Of a DNA stretch of 64,000 bases, positions 59,601 through 64,000 are shown piece after piece. A program made the translations under genes and the position numbers. The notes under the pieces are model-generated. The model saw only the letters and a list, made by a program, of their open reading frames with translations, did not search any database and had not been told where the DNA came from. Positions within the stretch are counted from its first letter, which is position 1, and each line of letters opens with the position of its first letter. This DNA comes from an uncultured virus (IMG/VR IMGVR_UViG_3300029305_011880) (taxonomy: Duplodnaviria; Heunggongvirae; Uroviricota; Caudoviricetes), in IMG/VR virus record IMGVR_UViG_3300029305_011880, one strand, 5' to 3'.

Positions 59601-62600
59601 ACCACCTCTAGCACCCCAAGTTTCTAACTGATAAGTACCAGGCTTGAGAGTTATTGATTGACCATATCCAGTGTAATAGAAATCATTGACTTGCTGATTG
59701 TTAATGCCTCCACCAATATTACTACCTCCAGAGATAGTAGTAATTCTAGCATAACCATTACCAGCATGACCAGTTTCGTTTCCTCCAGTAGGAGAAACAA
59801 AAGAAGTATTACCAGCATATGTTTGAGCACTACTCAAATAGTAAGAACTATTCAATGTGCATCCAGAAGGATAACTACCAGCAGTAGAAGCAGTATACAC
59901 ATAACCAGAGCCACCACCATTACCAGAATAGGAAGATGCTCCGTTAGTTAATCCTCCACCACCGTACCAACCACCACCAGCTCCGCCTGTTGGATATGGA
60001 CTTGCAGCTAATATATTAGCACCCTGTCCAAACGAGCCACCTGAACCAGCAGACGTTTGACCGCCAGGATAACTACCACCAGCGGTTGCACCGCCACCAT
60101 ATCCTGTACTACCAGCATGACAACCGCCACCGCCACCACCAGCAACGATTACACGAGAATAGAGACTAGTGCTACCAATACGAATATCAGTACCACCACC
60201 GCCACCACCATTATCACTTCTGTTTTGGTTACCGCTACCACCACCGTTCCAACCACCAGTAACAGCGCTGCCAGGATTTCCGCCTACATACACAAAAACA
60301 TCAGTATTTTCAGTAAGAGTAATAGTTCCAACAGAATAACCACCCTTACCACCAGCGGAATTAGAGTATCCAGTACCACCCTGAGCTCCCCAGGTTTCTA
60401 GTTTATAAGTGCCAGGAGCTAAAGTCACTTTTTGTGCAGCACCAGTATACGAGAAGTCCATAACAGGTGGGTTAATAATTGTTGGGGCATTATTCCCCCC
60501 ATCATCAATTTCACCCTTATCCGTAATTGTTCCATCGGAACAAACTTCATAAACAACATTCTTTGTGTGATAACCAGTAATTCTAGCATAACCATTACCA
60601 GCATGACCAGTTTCGTTTCCTCCACCAGGAGCGACGAAAGAAGTATTACCAGCATATGTGGAACCTACCGCATAAGCAGTATTTACCCAACCAGAACCAC
60701 CAGAACCACCCTGACAGTCATTTTCAGAAGCGCTATATGCATTGTAAGGAGTATTACCACCATAGTAGCCACCACCAGCGGCGCCACCATTATGGCAAGA
60801 ACCACCAACACCAAGCATATAACCAGAACTCTGAGTACCAGCAGAACTACCAGCACTACCACCAGAAGTACCACCACCGTAACCACCAGCTTCATCGTCT
60901 TCGCCCATACCACCGCCACCACCAGCAACGACGATACGATTACTTAGATTTACGAAATCAACACTATCGATTACAGCAGTACCAGAACCACCATTAGTAA
61001 TTGTAAATCCAATTTTATCCCAATTTTCAAGAGAACGATAGAACATTTGCACGCTAGTATCGCTTCTTACAATCTTAATAAATGAACCATTTCCGCTAAC
61101 CCAGCTACTGCCATTATAGAAAGATACGCCAGAAGTCATACCGCTTAAACCAGTACCTGTAATATCAATTCTCCATATATTCCCATATGCACTACCAGGC
61201 AAACCGTTATAACCAGTATGTAGATGTACTCTACCACTTGCAGGAAGTGTCCATTTTGTACCGCTAGCGGTTGCTCCATTGTACAGACCAGGAGCACCTA
61301 AGTTTTTGCCAGCCTGAGCTGTGTGACCAATAGCTATATCAGTAGCACCGCCACCACCATTACCAGGCTCACCAGTCTGGCTACCGTAAGCGTCGCCACC
61401 ACCGTTCCAACCACCAGCAGCTAATCCGCCACCGTTACCCTTACCTTGGCCACCAACGCCAACGTAAAGAACAGTGTCTTGTGTTATTGTCATAGTGGCA
61501 GTAGTATAACCACCCTTACCACTACTTGTAGTTTGAGAACCACTCTGATTTAAAGTACCACCCTGAGCACCCCAAACTTCGAGTGTATATGTGCCAGGCT
61601 CAAGAGTTATTTTTTGCATCTTACCAGTATAACTGAAAGTCTTATTTATATTAACTCTTTCAGTTCTAGTAATTTCTTCACAAGTAGCCTCTGCACCACA
61701 TTTATTTATATATCCGCTATTTACATATAGCTCTAATCCACTCTTGTTGCCAAGAGAAACATCTTTGGCATGAACTAAACATACACCAAGTTCCTTACTT
61801 CCTTCATTCTGAAGAATGTAGTAACCAAGAGTAGCAGTTGCAGTTCCAGTAATTTTAATTTGACCATTACCAGATTTCTTGGCAGTTTGTACACTTCCTC
61901 CAGTTATGTAAGAAGTGTTATACCAACCAGTAGCTGCATTAGTAGTTGAACTCTGAGCTTCAACGCCACCAATTGCAGTTCCACCAGAATCAGCCAATGT
62001 TCCCGCAGCACCAGTACTGTAATAGCTACCGCCACCAGCACCACCAGTACCACGACCACCAGGATTATATGTATAAGTTTTACCACCACCGCCACCGCCA
62101 GTAATTACAGCAGTACCATTTACACGAATAGTGGAATAACCACCACCACCGCCACCAAGTTCGTTATTGCCATTGTCATTACCGTCAGTATCATTACCAC
62201 CCTTACCACCACCTGGCCAACCACCAGCGTTTCCAGTAGATGAATAGAAAGAGGTCTGCTGTTTACCAGCGCCCATACCACCAACCAATATTTCTAAATT
62301 AGAATTAGAGGTTAGTTTTAATGTACCTGTAGCATATCCTCCCAAACCACCAGCAGCACTTCTAGAAGGACCACCCTGAGCACCCCAAACCTCAACTGTA
62401 TATGTACCAGCCAATAAACTCTTTGTTACGGATGCACCAGTGTAGTTGTATGTTTCAGTAGTTGTTACACTTCCAGTCTTAGAACCACTTTGTGCAGTTA
62501 AACCACCAGCACTATAAAGGGTGATTCTAGCATAGCCATTACCAGTATGACCTTGTTCACCTGCCCAAGAAGTGTTACCAATATTATTAGTAGCCTTAAA

Positions 62601-64000
62601 CCAATCATTGCCACTAAGCGTTATCTTGTTAATTCCAGTTACGGAACTTAAATTGTTTGTACCAGCAGCAGAAGAAACGGCAGTAGCAAGAATGTTGTCG
62701 TAACCGAAGCCATTCTTATATGCAGTAGTTCCTCTAGCACTGTTTTGAGTAGCAGTATGGATATAAACTGTATCGCCTTCCTTTAAGTCAGCCATACCAG
62801 CAGTATAACCACCCTTGCCAGTACCATTAGAAGCACCCCACAATTCAATATAATACTTACCATCAACAGGAACGGTAAATACAGAAGTAGATGTGCCATG
62901 TTCAAAGTTAACATAATCACCAACTCTGAAAGAAGCAAGAGTTACAGTTTCATTATCCTTGGGAACAATATGAGAACAGTCTAACTCATAACTATCAGGT
63001 AAGGAAGTAAGGTCACTAGCATATCCATAGCATCTACCTTTATAAAGAGTAAATCCAGTAGGACATACAGGGTCTAAATCCTTAACACATTTATAAGTTG
63101 GTTTATAATCAGCAGCCTCATTACCAATAGCAATATTATCAATAGTAATAGTACCCTTATTAACGTCAGCAAGATAGAATCTTAAAGACTTAATGTTGCT
63201 GTTCCACATACCACCACTCATATCAACGGTATAGATATAATAAGTAACATCGCTATTAGGCTCAATTTCAAAGGATACAGACTTAGCTTCATTGTACCCA
63301 GTAGAATTAGCTGTTGTGTAATAAATCTTAGCAGTATCACTAATACTTGCATTCTTCATCTTGATTTGAATTAGATTATTCTTTAATGGGTCTAAATTCA
63401 AACCAGTGAGTTCAATATATCCATCACCGCTATTTAAATCGTAAGCAATTGTAGAATCGCTATCTTGTCTAAAGTTGCTAACACCACTAGCAGTGAATTT
63501 ACCGAAGTCGCCATTGCCACGAGCAAAACTATAAGTTAAGTTAGCAGCAAGCTTATTAGCTTCGGTAACATCAGTTAGAGTATAACCGCCACCACAGAAT
63601 GCGTCGCTGTACTCTAAGCAAACTTTCTTTTCAGCATCCCAATAACCATCTTCGCAGATAGCATTAGAACCATCATAGGATACGCAGACATTACCTTCAA
63701 GTTCAAAACCATCAGGACAGTGAGTGACACCAGAACCAGTTTCTACACACTTAAATTCATTAAAGTCAAATACGTAACCAGAATTACAGCTTCTATTATA
63801 AGAAACGACGTGGATTGCTTTGCATTTATTATCTTCACGAATATAACCAGTAGGACAAGTCATAGACTCCAAATCCATTTCAGGAATATAGACCTCACCA
63901 GTTGTTTCATTAATTAAATATAGCTCAGGACCAAACTTTTCTCCCAATGTCATAAACCCACCAGTTTCACTTCCAAGGGAAGAAAGGTTTGTACCAACAG
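50637..64000 (-). CDS. Giant (>4450 aa, 5'-truncated by window) Cys-rich adhesin-like protein with seven glycine-rich domains, TraN-like CPxGY repeats, CBM-like and propeller-like modules
   Basis: Frame open to base 64000; seven LEVWGAQGG...GKGGY-type units, most with IVAGGGGG and GHxGNGYARIT; CPTGYIREDNKC-type repeats; Trp/Cys-rich C-terminal third. Confidence 0.85.
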   Translation of the reverse strand, partial: VGTNLSSLGSETGGFMTLGEKFGPELYLINETTGEVYIPEMDLESMTCPTGYIREDNKCKAIHVVSYNRSCNSGYVFDFNEFKCVETGSGVTHCPDGFELEGNVCVSYDGSNAICEDGYWDAEKKVCLEYSDAFCGGGYTLTDVTEANKLAANLTYSFARGNGDFGKFTASGVSNFRQDSDSTIAYDLNSGDGYIELTGLNLDPLKNNLIQIKMKNASISDTAKIYYTTANSTGYNEAKSVSFEIEPNSDVTYYIYTVDMSGGMWNSNIKSLRFYLADVNKGTITIDNIAIGNEAADYKPTYKCVKDLDPVCPTGFTLYKGRCYGYASDLTSLPDSYELDCSHIVPKDNETVTLASFRVGDYVNFEHGTSTSVFTVPVDGKYYIELWGASNGTGKGGYTAGMADLKEGDTVYIHTATQNSARGTTAYKNGFGYDNILATAVSSAAGTNNLSSVTGINKITLSGNDWFKATNNIGNTSWAGEQGHTGNGYARITLYSAGGLTAQSGSKTGSVTTTETYNYTGASVTKSLLAGTYTVEVWGAQGGPSRSAAGGLGGYATGTLKLTSNSNLEILVGGMGAGKQQTSFYSSTGNAGGWPGGGKGGNDTDGNDNGNNELGGGGGGYSTIRVNGTAVITGGGGGGKTYTYNPGGRGTGGAGGGSYYSTGAAGTLADSGGTAIGGVEAQSSTTNAATGWYNTSYITGGSVQTAKKSGNGQIKITGTATATLGYYILQNEGSKELGVCLVHAKDVSLGNKSGLELYVNSGYINKCGAEATCEEITRTERVNINKTFSYTGKMQKITLEPGTYTLEVWGAQGGTLNQSGSQTTSSGKGGYTTATMTITQDTVLYVGVGGQGKGNGGGLAAGGWNGGGDAYGSQTGEPGNGGGGATDIAIGHTAQAGKNLGAPGLYNGATASGTKWTLPASGRVHLHTGYNGLPGSAYGNIWRIDITGTGLSGMTSGVSFYNGSSWVSGNGSFIKIVRSDTSVQMFYRSLENWDKIGFTITNGGSGTAVIDSVDFVNLSNRIVVAGGGGGMGEDDEAGGYGGGTSGGSAGSSAGTQSSGYMLGVGGSCHNGGAAGGGYYGGNTPYNAYSASENDCQGGSGGSGWVNTAYAVGSTYAGNTSFVAPGGGNETGHAGNGYARITGYHTKNVVYEVCSDGTITDKGEIDDGGNNAPTIINPPVMDFSYTGAAQKVTLAPGTYKLETWGAQGGTGYSNSAGGKGGYSVGTITLTENTDVFVYVGGNPGSAVTGGWNGGGSGNQNRSDNGGGGGGTDIRIGSTSLYSRVIVAGGGGGGCHAGSTGYGGGATAGGSYPGGQTSAGSGGSFGQGANILAASPYPTGGAGGGWYGGGGLTNGASSYSGNGGGSGYVYTASTAGSYPSGCTLNSSYYLSSAQTYAGNTSFVSPTGGNETGHAGNGYARITTISGGSNIGGGINNQQVNDFYYTGYGQSITLKPGTYQLETWGARGGQGADGTTSYTSWNFGKGGYSSGVITFDTETTLYVYVGGMGQGNNGSYHSSGLVSGGFNGGGNAYHDGGEFGGSGGGATHIATKDGLLSSLGNSRDSILVVAGGGGGSGEDNEAAGHGGGYTSVGGYNTNYNASQSAAGTRGSFGQGAHYNSTGESGGGGGGGYYGGGGGEGGGSGGGSGYVGNQLTNKVSLAGDTSFVAPYGGYETGHSDHGFARITNLGYNDVLLGGLSDNITYQTTNGPLNATDFSVSRNITTNTGWWAGDVLIGQNYLYLMHSNMQYIMVYTRNPDGTIGSYVGTTNWYNNDSYIQYISTSSTPTAYTTYYKDGVTKLVGWSRSHSAIFEWTINESNHTISGRTQYNTDRAFGNYGRAAWDGENTVYFVDGRGNGSSEYLYKFNVSTKAITYIGTLSGANYSYSSYTGGAAYIDKVNNHIYLSEATDCGCGHSLVVYDLANGKWVKTITMSEMHNAGLRVNGGAYSNIAIMIDPTHPTVGWAMSSNYAGVTELYIRNNNVATITPTYIEESSTSYSYKGKYEEVTLDPGSYKLEVWGAQGGQGYSNSSYVGIGGKGGYAAGFLTLTERTTLYLYVGGMGASDNGSCNYPAGGWNGGGNAYCYSGGGGGATDIRMGGTGLGNRIIVAGGGGGGHAVNSYISHGGYGGGYQGGQSNAHANWSTSYYSTGGTQVGGGTTNSGWAVGGSWGQGGSYYSSYTGGGGGGYYGGAAGGYHGTGGAGGSGYVGGVINGYMFDGSVSFTGVDGTYENGHSGNGAIKITKIKSVTANSGVCSMEARLKIIPTCTNGIAFDVNTNKCTLQENIMCAVGTVYNEDMAKCEAQVAPVSCTNDGIVYKIGNEYFCKREAASWCDMGYHLVNGVCVKEELDSYQNDLCAPPYNFVTDGGNPRCEYIEVRDITDFNEISLEGEMNNVEVGKIYKYTNYVGFKTTSSRGAKYVDAGLKFANTALFPTVNIEFTLVAPTGTAKAASPSKFASTEQCRICKPGSVGDVDTCANVNYERDCGVLNGDTYQTYKIVIPATDIGGNVINGGLESVFAGNRQYYNSRSYMTSTTPDTSMFLNTSDGDQVNASEFLWSMWQGMDKGFILDSDFSTMWSEIDFYFQFNEDSFCYYNAPSNEEVAFGTKKTCVPYSFTAGQEKFITVEDGVNKLNMEEDENGETYVKNIFISSVIGAPNSFVDPEFSEISKNKVSLADAYMDNTKFTDDRSDFISGFKLAPDGDVYIDRFEVLNATTLEVVFAAEARTLDRCINGDELRKGSTAKYTTSTTLDPVHGGYQLPYDNGVARAEKDKVYCNTYDPVSQTHNLDTNVNYIVKIYTKYEHIKESNIAGNTPASMSYISVDIQHLENSASDSVFNRIIPSMENASVSEKMTIRGGVKSPDGTCAAIRHKSVVNVSAMSMLQGKPEENKCVVSTAATDAIQRFYFSTNNYMLTVSEPNAAAIIPANGLKNKSVRNGSYNATISGEAATINAYATWDNFTFNYSLGPGPNVETTLIMRCYEIGSNTTTVDFITRDGACVIIDTDKYDRCSLFAKIENIENKDVPISTNIRVVTDTDVNKVLDVNQGDLYNADGSNRFFLTNAATYGGHETFKGTGGANETGHAGHGYARITNIDTGSVVKSFSYTGDVQNMKLTAGNYKLEVWGAQGGSKWGTGGKGGYSVGNLTINRTVDIAVYVGGHPADNSLTGGWNGGGNGGEAPSVQVYRSPGGGATDIRINGTAWTDRIIVAGGGGGGAKYAVDQRGGPGGGSTAHFNYYSTWGNKQEFQSQNYGASQTESCRASVDSYGYTVTCSAGSLGQGAGGCGGGYYGGGYYSCANRVYSGSGGSGYVRISTTQNKLTADQPEAEVLIKANVEGSIQAIATHNSADNDGYADVDWTNNTDANCWVVGNYTNYSIRNLNVDPFKIWVDTDSNGVLANSGNVTVNFTGTYELVKERDTDKVNPNKNLDIKYVLKDANGNPVTGSDKCTFTPIAHVMNVGTGGKVLITFNGTCNLQFKKSDIENMMSFTVMINGGKTGAHKFTEAVYDDNEDMVSVPVDDKCVGEDCMPVCDDLICTRRNTWGVNFDFLYTFDRNIIPYQTSQQANLSWIDYDVGTVSGSTQDREYHTTIGTGNVNRAPDDYMAFKSDKLDYTELCTDYKSNSKACWRYEMNVSHNVTYYLWSEAKTSVYTTHEVLTSQGVAGKCTPQNSTFVNGSETYGDNNHGASGENHNFADSTETDRSVNVCHGYTEAPNTTKCDVVTDWWGNEICETWVETFSPDADSGLKPNDYIPYAYFQDYTLEDGAGMSPTTKTDHIVMKNQTQTNLNQGAAHNGWAQTKTMDVCDVMSHRDVSYSCETYFVYGTDANGRSFAQTTKNGSGVCYAADSSDNTRTCVWENETMSPPEEVWWNDSGATCYRKHADWDCLDYFGWADSGWVQNSGNETSGSCQWWQTGTITVTDSGITDDTCHHMNYSNCTGEINSCVSCDEYYNGSCIAESPKCHSHTGSCEYHWWTDGDYVDWTLTWTDGHSESHSDSKDCGGASTSTYTRYHNESSTPYNVAEHMTKRCGSGEIANDDVYCYEYYNDSVSLELGTPRCVRWRTEEYQEIKYYTTNSGDSGNSWVSRTHSNPTEIWQYTCDTTEPKVAYPNDKVIMKSYSEEIVATSWIKTVSSGDKWIQLNFEGDTPPEARPRSGEWFDLKFVTTYTTDRATRPGAAPRTDRPFLLDFYNNYHNILGGLGEDNATTYPPTGYNHFGVNDTGKTAIGDGKTMTPNSFSDVINNEDYGYCDVRPAEPYGCSYQAGTNQFMYPNENNSTTTQGHVGAEWTTNQEGNGVCYYGPDNKTVWQKFEFGNDYYTGLIICTGDKDTKRCEIENALATAWLVESSSKCMNVIDGLCVQWQIEWVTPVRKDATGNQRNGFYLEKGWDTTKNLVFDLRGSKFNAVGQYEKELLGENLLASRNNDSFFEEVGKPVIPLCVCQTTKTMGDPNDYKWGSTEWEVE
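59739..60659 (-). repeat. Near-identical intragenic direct repeat at the ends of glycine-rich domains 3 and 4
   Basis: 49-bp identical block at 59739-59787 and 60576-60624, each followed by an identical aaagaagtattaccagcatatgt. Confidence 0.85.

Noticed and set aside
59739..60659. Near-identical repeats as a diversity-generating retroelement TR/VR pair
   Set aside because: Both copies are in-frame parts of one gene, differences are not adenine-specific, and no reverse transcriptase is in the window
54075..62910. Repeated accaccacc tracts as a possible CRISPR array or VNTR
   Set aside because: They are polyglycine codons inside an ORF, with no fixed-length repeat-spacer structure
51153..63917. 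Many plus-strand ORFs rich in Thr/Ser/His opposite the giant gene
   Set aside because: Antisense shadows of Gly-rich codons (ggt read as acc); no RBS or independent signals
63951..63953. ATG 63953 as the start of the giant protein
   Set aside because: The frame stays open to the window edge and there is no signal peptide or strong RBS here, so the real start is probably upstream

Overview
This is low-GC DNA of Bacillota/Clostridia type (AGGAGG RBSs, sigmaA-like promoters, SLH and sporulation-type sigma genes) read with standard code 11. It looks more like part of a large conjugative element or megaplasmid than ordinary chromosome. Housekeeping-type genes occur as scattered units outside their usual operons: rarA, nrdD-nrdG, recG, recJ, clpX without clpP, LOG, YdjM-like, AAA+ ATPase. 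A minus-strand Gram-positive type IV secretion block (16.5-35.8 kb) encodes two VirB2-like pilins, PrgI, a VirB4 partner, VirB4, an extended VirB6 and a 3062-aa cell-wall hydrolase (SGNH + SLT + M23 + NlpC/P60). Beyond it lie a SigE/SigK-like sigma-clpX pair, two thioredoxin-fold membrane proteins (one with CxxC, one apparently without), an SLH S-layer-like protein and a >4450-aa adhesin-like protein. That protein runs off the window and has TraN-like Cys repeats and seven glycine-rich (ALK/LTK-GRD-like) domains. The best candidates for something new are (1) a monoderm conjugation system with an F-type-like kit (giant Cys-rich adhesin plus TrbB/TraF-like thioredoxins) and (2) a free-standing, apparently catalytically dead intein/LAGLIDADG gene beside an AT-rich region with a palindrome and repeats. 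I saw no relaxase, VirD4, rRNA, tRNA or CRISPR array. All family calls come from motif recognition by eye, not from database searches.
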